A stretch of 64,000 bases of DNA from Gammaproteobacteria bacterium (GTDB lineage: Bacteria; Pseudomonadota; Gammaproteobacteria; Eutrophobiales; Eutrophobiaceae): contig OZ220714.1 of NCBI GenBank assembly GCA_965116585.1, positions 2,309,247-2,373,246 of the forward strand, read 5' to 3'. The first letter of the stretch is position 1. Each line of letters starts with the position of its first letter. The position numbers and the translations under genes were made by a program. Shown one piece after another: positions 9,477 to 18,200 of this stretch. The notes under the pieces were generated by a model. The model was not told where the DNA came from. It did no database searches and worked only from the letters and a program-made list of their open reading frames with translations.

Positions 9477-10976
9477 ATGGCGAGCGTGAACAAGACCTCG
9501 CTGCGCACGGAGTTCGAGGCCATCAAGACGCGCTTTGCGGCGCTGTGTGCGGAGGGCAAGCTGAGTCCCGAGGGCCGCGCCCTGTTCGAGGCGATGCTGC
9601 TGCTGTTCGAGTTGCTGCTGGCGGTGTTGATGGAGAAGGCCACGCCGAAGGGAACGCATAACTCGGGCCTGCCGAGTTCCCAAACCGGGCCGGACGAGAC
9701 CGCACGCCGGCAGACCGGCGCCAAGGGCAAGGGGCCGGACCACCGTGCCGCACGGGGCGAGTCAACCCGCGTGGTGGTCGAGACCCGCACCGCCGCGGTC
9801 ACCGAGTGCCGGGCCTGCGGGCGCGACCTCAAGGACCTCCACCCCAGCGGCCACGAGCGGCGCGTGAAGGTCGATATCGTCTTCGAGACAACCGAACTGA
9901 CCGTGAAGGCCGACATCAAGACCTGCCCGCGCTGCCGTACCGAGACCCGCGGGCCGTTTCCGGACACGATGCCGGGCCCCTTGCAGTACGGCCACGGCAT
10001 CGTGGCCTTCGCCACGCACCTGCTCACCGCACAGATGCTCTCACTGCGGCGCGCCGCTCAGACCCTCAAGGCGCTGACCGGGCGCACCATCGCCGAGGCG
10101 ACCTTGCTGGCTTGGCTCTCACGCCTGCACGAGGCCCTGGCCGAGTGGGAGGGGGCCGCCATTGAGCGCCTGCTCGCCGAGCCGGTGCTGCACGCCGATG
10201 AAACCGGCCTGCGCATCGACCGTAAGACCCACTGGCTGCACAGCGTCAGCGCCGGGAACCTGACCGTAAAGCGCGGCCACCGCAAACGGGGCCGCGAGGC
10301 CCTCAAGGACATCGGCATCGTCCCCCGCTATGGCGGTATCCTCGTCCACGACCGCTGGGCCAGCTACTTCGCCTGGGAGAACTGTGAACACGCCCTGTGC
10401 GGCAGCCACCTGCTGCGCGACCTGGCCTTCATCGAAGAGGCCCACGGCCATACCTGGGCAACACGTCTGGGCAACCTCCTGCTCACTACCTGCCGCACCG
10501 TGCGTGACCACCCGAACAAAGCGCTCAGCGACCCCGACTACAAAGCCCTGCGCACACGCTACCGCACCCTCCTCACACAGGCCAGACGGGAACTCCCCAC
10601 ACCCCCTCAGCGTCTCACCGGACAACGCGGACGTATCGCCAAATCCGATGCGCAAAACCTGCATGAAGCCCTCGTCAAGTATGAAACCGACGTGCTGCGC
10701 TTCGCCCGCAACCCCCAGGTCCCGTTCACCAATAACCGCGCCGAGCGCGACCTCCGCATGGCCAAGGTCAAGCAGAAAGTCGCCGGGTGCTTCCGTACCC
10801 CCCACTACGCCGCCGCCTACTGCCGCATCTCCAGCTACTTGCAGTCCATGGCGCTGCAGGGCTACAATCCCCTCACCGCCATCGAGATAGCGCTCAACGG
10901 CAATGCCGCCTCCATGGTAGAGAAACCACCCCAGAATAACCCGGACGACCAGGACCAGGATAAGGGGGGCGAGTAG
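9477..10976 (+). CDS. IS66 family transposase (TnpC-like: zinc ribbon plus DDE domain)
   Basis: CRACGRDL...CPRCRT zinc-finger; ...HADETGLRI...WLHSV... and ...FTNNRAERDLRMAKVKQKVAGCFRT... are IS66 TnpC signature blocks. Confidence 0.9.
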   Translation: MASVNKTSLRTEFEAIKTRFAALCAEGKLSPEGRALFEAMLLLFELLLAVLMEKATPKGTHNSGLPSSQTGPDETARRQTGAKGKGPDHRAARGESTRVVVETRTAAVTECRACGRDLKDLHPSGHERRVKVDIVFETTELTVKADIKTCPRCRTETRGPFPDTMPGPLQYGHGIVAFATHLLTAQMLSLRRAAQTLKALTGRTIAEATLLAWLSRLHEALAEWEGAAIERLLAEPVLHADETGLRIDRKTHWLHSVSAGNLTVKRGHRKRGREALKDIGIVPRYGGILVHDRWASYFAWENCEHALCGSHLLRDLAFIEEAHGHTWATRLGNLLLTTCRTVRDHPNKALSDPDYKALRTRYRTLLTQARRELPTPPQRLTGQRGRIAKSDAQNLHEALVKYETDVLRFARNPQVPFTNNRAERDLRMAKVKQKVAGCFRTPHYAAAYCRISSYLQSMALQGYNPLTAIEIALNGNAASMVEKPPQNNPDDQDQDKGGE

Positions 10977-11036
10977 TTACGAAAAATTTTAATTTGAGTA
11001 GTAATTTAGCTTCACCATGTAGCGCGAGGTGCAACT

Positions 11037-11297
11037 ATGGTAGCCTTTGAAAATCTCTTAAAAACAGAGTCCGATTTCTATGAACGTGAGCAACACAATC
11101 TTTTGGTAAAGTACCCCAACAGGGTTTTGTTAATACACGGTGATCATGTTGAAGGGGATTTTGATTCCGGGAATGCGGCCATATCAGAAGGAGTTCGCAA
11201 GTTTGGTACAGGTCCGTTTTTAGCCAGGAGAGCCGGGGAAGAAGAGCCTGTTTTTTTCAGTGCCAGCATTAACGTTGAGTCTGTAAAATGTCGGTAA
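11037..11297 (+). CDS. 86-aa conserved hypothetical protein (paralog A of the 23007..23267 protein)
   Basis: ~80% aa identity with the ORF at 23007..23267. The ~30 bp upstream (…GTAGCGCGAGGTGCAACTATGG) is also conserved in both copies. No recognisable domain. Confidence 0.6.
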   Translation: MVAFENLLKTESDFYEREQHNLLVKYPNRVLLIHGDHVEGDFDSGNAAISEGVRKFGTGPFLARRAGEEEPVFFSASINVESVKCR

Positions 11298-11352
11298 GAG
11301 TGCAACGGACAGCATTAATCTGGCGATACAGGAAGAATTGGCTGCCAGGTAC

Positions 11353-12447
11353 TTATTTGTTGGATTTCCTGCGATTGCAACCCTTGCATAGCATCTGACA
11401 GTTATCCTCGTTTGTCTTGCCACCCTCCGACCAAGGGGTGATGTGGTCAGCCTCCATGTCCACGATCTCAAACACCTTTGCGCATACCTTGCATATCCCC
11501 TTTTGAATCTCGAACGTCCTCTGCTTCATGGCATCGGAGAAGGCTCGGATGTTGAGATGTTTTTCCTCGCCAGTGAGGAGATACGGGTAGATACCCGCCT
11601 TCTTCGTCACATCGTCGTCGATCATCAGGCGGCCAACCTCGACTTCCAGTCTTTCGGGATCCAGTTTCTCGTTCTTGAGTTGCTTGTAAAGCCCACCCCA
11701 ATCCACTCCCTTCATTTGTGTGCGGTAGTTCGGAAAAACCGCCTCCACCCGGTTGATCACCGCCTGGAAGTGACTCCACAAAGCAGTTGCGGTCTTGTCG
11801 TGCTGATGCACGGCCATATACTGCTCGACCGCCTGGTCCTCGTCCTTGATCCATTGGATTGCGGTTTCGAGGTACTCCTGGCGGTCCGCCCTCCCATTCA
11901 CATAACGGCTGCCGATTGCATAAGCCGGGCAGGTGGCCCCCTTCCTGCTGAAATGCCGCTTTGCATCGGATACCCACGGGCCAGCATAAACCGCGTTCCG
12001 CAACTCCTGGTCGGTCAGCCGCTCGCCTGCAATATTGATGATCCTGAACCAAGCCAGCTTTTCGCTGGCGCTTCCCTCGCAGACATAAACCTGCAACGTG
12101 TAGTTAAGAATCCGATCCTGCTCGTCATCTTGCAGGTTATGGAAATACCGCCCGTCAAGGGAGTAGTCGCCTTCCACATACTGTGCGACTGAGATCGTGC
12201 GCTGCTGGCCGTCGATGACCTCATATGTTCCGTCTTCGCGTAGTGCCCAATACATCACATTGAGCGGAAAGCCCTTGTTGATCGTCTCGATCACAGCATC
12301 GCGTTGCTTGTCCTTATAGACGAACTCGCGCTGAAACGGCGGGCGGATGTCGAGTTTACCGCCATAGCCGCGCACCCCGCCTTCGCCGTCGTCGATGTAG
12401 CCCTTCACAAGGTCGCGGACAGTGACTTTCGTCAGAGCAATTTTCAT
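11353..12447 (-). CDS. DUF262 (ParB-like, DGQQR) N-terminal domain fused to a C-terminal HNH endonuclease
   Basis: EVIDGQQRT is the DUF262 motif. The C-terminus HITPWSEGGKTNEDNCQMLCKGCNRRKSN is an HNH motif. A 4-bp overlap with the upstream MTase gene indicates co-transcription. Confidence 0.75.
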   Translation of the reverse strand: MKIALTKVTVRDLVKGYIDDGEGGVRGYGGKLDIRPPFQREFVYKDKQRDAVIETINKGFPLNVMYWALREDGTYEVIDGQQRTISVAQYVEGDYSLDGRYFHNLQDDEQDRILNYTLQVYVCEGSASEKLAWFRIINIAGERLTDQELRNAVYAGPWVSDAKRHFSRKGATCPAYAIGSRYVNGRADRQEYLETAIQWIKDEDQAVEQYMAVHQHDKTATALWSHFQAVINRVEAVFPNYRTQMKGVDWGGLYKQLKNEKLDPERLEVEVGRLMIDDDVTKKAGIYPYLLTGEEKHLNIRAFSDAMKQRTFEIQKGICKVCAKVFEIVDMEADHITPWSEGGKTNEDNCQMLCKGCNRRKSNK

Positions 12448-13505
12448 CGCGACGGCATTCTCTTAATCAGAATGCGTCTATAGGTGCGTTTGTATTGGCC
12501 TCCCACCTTGATAACCCCTCCTTCCCCGTTCAGGTCGTTATAGTTAGTCGCATCTGCGGACGTGTATTTTTTCGTTTTCAGGCCGTAGCGGTCGTCCCTG
12601 TCTGTTATCCCCATGACTTCAAACTGCCCCGGGTTGTGCTTATCCAGAAACGTAATCGGCACCCCCATCGCCCCGTCCCAATCTATCGGGATTTCGGCGG
12701 TCTTGTCCACGTTGATCGCGTCGTAGTTGTCGTAGGCCGGGTATTCCTCCGGCGAGTAGAGCTTGTAGAGGATCAACTCCTCGTGGCGCTTGGCATGGTC
12801 GAGATTGGTGAACCAGGCCGCGTTGCCCAATCGTCCTTTGATAACTCCCTCGACAACTCTGTAGGCGCTCCCCTCCTTTGCGGTCGCCTCCAATTCCCGC
12901 GCGTATCCCTCCGGCACATCGAACAGCATGTCTTGGCCCTTCGGGGTGACGCCAAGCCACATCGTGCCGTCCTTGATTAGGGGGAAAATCTCCTTGTAGG
13001 TGACGGCGTTCTGACTCCCGACGATCAGGAACTTCTTGCCGTACTGCACCAGTTGGGCGACGTATTCGCGGAACAGCGAAAACGGCGGATTGGTCACCAC
13101 GATGTCCGCCTGCTTCAGAAGCTCAATGCACTCCGCGCTGCGGAAATCGCCGTCCCCCTCAAACTCCCGAATTCCGATATCCCCGACTTCTGGCACCCTG
13201 CCGCCCTTCGCGTTCCCCTTGTATTCGAGCCATATCGCCCGCTCCGAATCGTGACGGCTGAACAAGTCACGTTCCTGGTTCCTGTAGCACGCGGTGATGA
13301 GCGTCTTCAGACCCAGGCGCTCAAAGTTGTATGAGAAATAATGAAAGAAGTTGGAGACGCGGGGGTCGTCGCAGTTACAGTACACAACCTTGTCCCGGAA
13401 ATGTCCAGTGTAGTGGCGCAGCTCGTTTTCGATATCGGAAAGCTGCGTGTAGAACTCGTCGTTCTTTTGCCGTTTGGCGTTGCGTAAGTTTTCATTCAGA
13501 GACAT
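12444..13505 (-). CDS. Adenine-specific DNA methyltransferase, EcoRI-methylase-like family
   Basis: N-terminal ...NDEFYTQLSDIENEL...VVYCNCDDPRVSNFFHYF... block and NPPF catalytic motif (VVTNPPFSL). The family assignment is from memory of M.EcoRI-like sequences. Confidence 0.65.
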   Translation of the reverse strand: MSLNENLRNAKRQKNDEFYTQLSDIENELRHYTGHFRDKVVYCNCDDPRVSNFFHYFSYNFERLGLKTLITACYRNQERDLFSRHDSERAIWLEYKGNAKGGRVPEVGDIGIREFEGDGDFRSAECIELLKQADIVVTNPPFSLFREYVAQLVQYGKKFLIVGSQNAVTYKEIFPLIKDGTMWLGVTPKGQDMLFDVPEGYARELEATAKEGSAYRVVEGVIKGRLGNAAWFTNLDHAKRHEELILYKLYSPEEYPAYDNYDAINVDKTAEIPIDWDGAMGVPITFLDKHNPGQFEVMGITDRDDRYGLKTKKYTSADATNYNDLNGEGGVIKVGGQYKRTYRRILIKRMPSR

Positions 13506-13599
13506 GGGTTTGCTCCCGAACCAAGCCCGTTGTCGACGACTAGCTCCCGAGATTTATACCGCCCCAAACTTCGATACTCTACTACACAATTCCCCAAAA

Positions 13600-13729
13600 A
13601 AAGAACAGCCGCGTTAGCGGCGGCTGTCGGGCCGTGGCTCCCTCCTGTCATGACAAGGCATGGGCACACCAACGGTGAGGTTGAGCAAAGTCTATTATAA
13701 CACCCGACACTGTGTCAATGATTTGAATC
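13600..13729. repeat. Copy 2 of the intergenic repeat family
   Basis: ...CCCCAAAAAAAGAACAGCCGCGTTAGCGGCGGCTGTCGGGCCGTGGCTCCC...GTCAATGATTTGAATC is almost identical to 27020..27157. Confidence 0.7.
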
Positions 13730-13832
13730 GGCCTTGCGGTTGCTTTGTTTCCTCTCTCATCTTCCCTCATCTGCTGTTATTAACTTGTAAATCACGGTAT
13801 AATCTATTGTAATCCTTTTCTGGAATCTGTAT

Positions 13833-14837
13833 ATGTACTCAAATCGAATTTCATTCTACAAACAACTGGAGGATGCCAGACAGTCTAAGGTGCTGGCGTA
13901 TATCACAGGTGACCGGCGCCAATTAGAGACAAAAATGGCTGCGGAGGTTCTAGACTTCTTTGTCCATCATCTTGACAAGATTGGTGTTGTTGGAAAGCTT
14001 TCTCTATTTCTTTATACCCGTGGTGGGGATACTTTATCAGCTTGGAGCCTCGTTAATTTGTTACGTGCTTTTTGCGATAAGCTAGAGATTATCATTCCTT
14101 CAAAAAGCCATAGTGCCGGAACGTTAGTTTGTCTGGGAGCGGATATATTAGTTATGACTAAACAAGCCACTTTGGGTCCTATTGATCCAAGTGTAAATAC
14201 ACCTCTGAATCCTCAAGTTCCGGGTGGACAACCTATGGCAAATGTACCAGTGAGTGTTGAAGATATTAACGCTTTCCTTGAGCATGCCCGAGAAACAGTT
14301 GGTGTGGGCACTCAACCAAACATCGGTACTGTCTTTGATAGACTTGCGCAAAATGTTCATCCTCTCGTTCTTGGAAGCGCCTTTCGAGCGCGCTCACAGA
14401 TTCGCATGTTGGGAAGCAGGCTCCTTGCTAACCACATGGATAATGAAGATGGTATGAATAAAATCCTGGATTTTTTGTGCAGCGAATCTGGCAGCCATGA
14501 CTACACAATAAACAGAAGAGAAGCTCGAGATGATCTATCCTTACCTATTGAGAAACCAAGCTGGGAACTTTACGAAATAATCAAAACTCTGTATGACGAT
14601 ATTGCCTCAGAATTAGAACTGACTACCGCCTATGATCCAAACTTGGTCTTGGGAGGTTCACAAACTAAGAATTATTCATTTACGCGAGCACTGATTGAGA
14701 GCGCGGGGGGTGGTTCAGATGCTTTCTTAAGTGAGGGGGTTCTCAGTCGCCAACAGATTCAAATTCAGCCAGGTGTTGTAGGAGATGCTATCAACGACCA
14801 ACGTCAGTTTGAAGGATGGAGACATCGTGATGCCTAA
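13833..14837 (+). CDS. SDH-family / ClpP-fold (S49-like) serine protease homolog
   Basis: ...LSLFLYTRGGDTLSAWSLVNLLRAF...PSKSHSAGTLVCLGADILVMTKQATLGPIDP... is a ClpP/crotonase-fold protease core with a Ser nucleophile context. Confidence 0.55.
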   Translation: MYSNRISFYKQLEDARQSKVLAYITGDRRQLETKMAAEVLDFFVHHLDKIGVVGKLSLFLYTRGGDTLSAWSLVNLLRAFCDKLEIIIPSKSHSAGTLVCLGADILVMTKQATLGPIDPSVNTPLNPQVPGGQPMANVPVSVEDINAFLEHARETVGVGTQPNIGTVFDRLAQNVHPLVLGSAFRARSQIRMLGSRLLANHMDNEDGMNKILDFLCSESGSHDYTINRREARDDLSLPIEKPSWELYEIIKTLYDDIASELELTTAYDPNLVLGGSQTKNYSFTRALIESAGGGSDAFLSEGVLSRQQIQIQPGVVGDAINDQRQFEGWRHRDA

Positions 14838-15075
14838 CATCGATAATCCACATCTATCTGTCAAATTAACCCAAGCTAGCGGTATGACCCCGAGCATAGC
14901 AGAAGACACAATCGCGACCGATAACCTTTCTGCTATGATGAAAAATGCTATTGTCATTTTTCAGTCAACACTTACTTTAATTGACTCTCCTTCCCAATAT
15001 CAGAGTGAAGATGGGACTGCTGAAAGGGCTAAAGATTTCGATACAAGTACAAAGCCTCAGATATCAGAGGGGTAG
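14830..15075 (+). CDS. Small hypothetical protein (81 aa), start overlapping the protease stop
   Basis: ORF only; ATG at 14830 overlaps 14837. No known domain; it may be spurious. Confidence 0.25.
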   Translation: MPNIDNPHLSVKLTQASGMTPSIAEDTIATDNLSAMMKNAIVIFQSTLTLIDSPSQYQSEDGTAERAKDFDTSTKPQISEG

Positions 15076-15085
15076 GTATCTCTGA

Positions 15086-15299
15086 CTAGTACTCTTTCAA
15101 TTTAATTCTGACCGGTTAGCTTGTCATAAGCGGTTCACTCCAACGATACTGACCAGCCCAAAGAAACGGTACCAGATGTAAAGTGAGGGATCAGCATTAT
15201 GCCGCCTTTTTTCTTTCTTTTCGATATCTGTCAGCAAACGCCACCACTCGATTAATCTTGACCCGTCGATCAATCAGAATTAAATTGAAAGAGTACTAG
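15086..15299. mobile_element. MITE-like element: 25-bp perfect terminal inverted repeats flanking ~164 bp
   Basis: CTAGTACTCTTTCAATTTAATTCTG (15086..15110) is the exact reverse complement of 15275..15299. It sits between two convergent gene ends; the right inverted repeat overlaps the stop codon of the NACHT gene. Confidence 0.5.
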
Positions 15300-18200
15300 T
15301 GTGGCAAACGAATCTCGCGGAATGCCTCACCGAGCTGAAGTGCCACACTTCGCCGGTCACCCATGTCGACAAGTATGTCGAGGATATGTAAGAACTTCTG
15401 AGCCAAAGCCAGCGCCATTGGCGCGTCACGATGTACAAAGTGTTGTATCATCTCCGCTATGCGCTCCGGGATGAACGTTCCATACCAACCCTTTAGGTTG
15501 TCGGGTCCATCGCCGATAATTGCGAGCACCTGATCCGCGAAGGCTTCGGCTGGGTAGTCGGCCCTGGCTCGCTCACAGAGCGTCAAGAACGGGTCCATAA
15601 CGGAAGCTGCCCATCCGCCAGCGCGAACGAAACGATCAATCAGCGGCAGGATGCGGCTGATTTCGGACCAGTCGCCGTTGACGTAGCGAGTGGCCAGGTC
15701 CGCGCGTTCGACTGAGACAAACATTAACGTGCGAACAAGTTTGGGCAGATCGAAGCCATAGAGATTTCCTCTCCGGTAGCCGTTTTTCTGTAAGGCTGGG
15801 GCTTGCAGAAGCCGGTCAAGACAAAGGTCCAGCGTCGCGACTGCATCCTCTGGGACTACCGGCGCATCGTACACGTAGGAGCAGATGTAAGTATCTACGA
15901 ATGGAGAGAGAAGATCCCAGCAATTGTCACCCTCGATCCCCAATATTGGGTCGAGGAAACGGGCCTGAAAATCACTAAGAGGTAGAAGGCCGACCACCTG
16001 GCCGAGTGCCGACCCGAGGGCGTGGGTCCATTCAAAGCTCTCGGTTGCCGAACGATCTCGACGTCCGGGCTTCATCCAAGGCGGCACATTCTTCTGATTG
16101 GTCCAGTCGAGAACCCCTGTCAGAAAGTTGAGGAGTGCGCTTTTTGCGCTACTGCTTAGGGCCCCGTCGAAGGGGATGCGCTCCAAAATTTCCGCCGCCC
16201 GCTTTGAGTACCAATAGACATCCGGTTCACCCCATACTTCATCTGCGTCGACCGTATCATCTGCATCGTACTCTACAAATCTTTGACACCCACTTCGACC
16301 CTTCCCGGGTTTGACCTTCATCCAGGCCGGAGGCGGTAGCGGAAGGGGCACCCATCCGCTACCGTTTTGATAGAACGCAACCGCCACATCGACCGCCGCT
16401 TGCGCTTCACTTGACGAGTGGAGCGCTTCATTGTGTTGCCTAAGTTGGCCACGCGGCCGCGGAGGAATATGACAGAGCGAAAATGCCAAGATCAGCGCGG
16501 CCCAAGTGAGCTTGGGGTCCTTAGACCAAAGCCTGCACGCTTCTTCGAGCGCAGCTAACGAAACGGCTTCGAGTGGATGCGCAATCAGCCCAAGGAGGTC
16601 GTGAGCTGTGCCCTGTTCGGCTGTGCCTTCGTGGAGGTCCGCTGCGAAGCCTCGCGCTACGTAGATCGCGTGGTGCCATGGGATGACGGAACCAGGCGGC
16701 CACGTCTGACCAGGCTTTTCTGGTAAACGGATAGCGCGTGCCAGGACATCTCGAGACCACTCAAGGTTTTCTTGTGTGCATCGCTCGCGAAAGTTAAGCG
16801 TGATTGCCGCGGTAGCGGCGACTGCGCCACGACGCATACCCGATAGTTCTTCTTCGTCCTCGTCGTCCAGGTGCCTGAACAAGTCGCGGGAGTCCGCTTC
16901 CTTGGCCAATGCTATGGCCCCTTCGACCGTGTAGGTATCGCTCAGTGTCTTCTTCTCGAATGACTTGGAGGCCCAAGTCCAAAGGTTTGTCTGGGCAAGA
17001 CGCTTAGACGCCCCTTCGGCTCTGGTAACGTTTTCAGGCTTAGCAGCAGAAGGACTAACATGGACAACCGCAACCTGGTCCGAATCCTCTTTGGTGCGGT
17101 AAACCTGATAGTTTTCCGGGTCAACTAACTCTGCATATTCCAAGGCCTGAGATGTAAGGTCCTCGCGTGCCTCCAGAATGTCGCGGTGCTCTTCGTACTG
17201 GTAGGGCAAATCGTTCTTAAAATTGAGGACCGCTTCGCGGACCCGGTGGCGGAGCGGTGCCGTCCCAAAGAAAAACATAGGTACCATCCAGCTAAGCTGT
17301 TTGTTACGGACTGGTCTGGCATTTGCTGCTTGGATCGCCTCAATGTGGTGATTATCGTTGCTATTCGTAAAACCGATCAGGTTATTCGTTGACGAAAAGT
17401 CTTGTACCATTCGGTTACGGTCTGCAGTCAACAGTCGTTGTGAGGTAACGAGGGGAAAAGTCGCTTCGCACACCGTCTCGGTATCGAGCGCAAGCATCGA
17501 CGCGATGCCCAGGATGGCGATGCATTCATTCCCTTCTACGATTTGCTGGATCAGTTCATCTACGGCGCGGTTACGCTCAAGCTCGGTGAAGCACCACTCT
17601 TCAAGCGCCATAAACCCGCAACCGATGGCTGCCGGCGCCCACGTTGAACGAAACCAAAGATATTCCCGATCAGTGCCCCAGAACTTTTGGGTGTCCCAGG
17701 GAAACGTCAGTTCGAGTGGTACGGGGGTGCCGCGACGGTCGGGTGAGTGACGATGCAGTTGTCGCCACGCAATCATCGCGTGATTGCAGAGCTCTCGAAG
17801 AAGCCGCAGTGCGTCGTTGGGCGATGATTGGAAAAGCGAGTGAAAGGGCTCTCGAAGCGGTGAAGCATTCGGGAAGCATCGGTGGTCGTCGTGGACCGAC
17901 AGCCTGTTCCAGTCGTGGTGGCTGAAATTGCCGACGGTTCGTAGGGAAAGCGCCCCCGAAAGCGCGATTTCATCTTGACGCGAGCGCTCGGCGTCCGGCT
18001 TGGCAAGAGCTGCTTTGCGCCAGTCAGCCGCATCATGTTGTTCCTGCTTCTCGCGGGCAACTCGCTCGTCCGGAAGCTCCCTTCGCAGGAACGCCAGTGA
18101 AAGCTTAACCACCGGCTGGGGTAATGACTGGGCGAGGACGGGTGAGAAGGTGATGATGTCATGAAATACCTCGTCGCGGATTTGCTTTGAGCTGATTGCT

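Larger units (their letters stand above)
8717..10980 (+). mobile_element. IS66-family insertion sequence (2264 bp) carrying a Dam-like MTase gene and an IS66 TnpC-type transposase gene
   Basis: Terminal inverted repeats GTAACTACTCACCCCC (8717..8732) and GGGGGGCGAGTAGTTAC (10964..10980). The 8-bp target-site duplication GAAAAATT is present at 8709..8716 and 10981..10988, the IS66-typical length. Confidence 0.85.

Noticed and set aside
14830-15075. Treating the 81-aa ORF after the protease as a confident gene
   Set aside because: No domain, a biased Ser/Thr-rich composition, and partial overlap with a MITE-like element. Kept only as a low-confidence feature.
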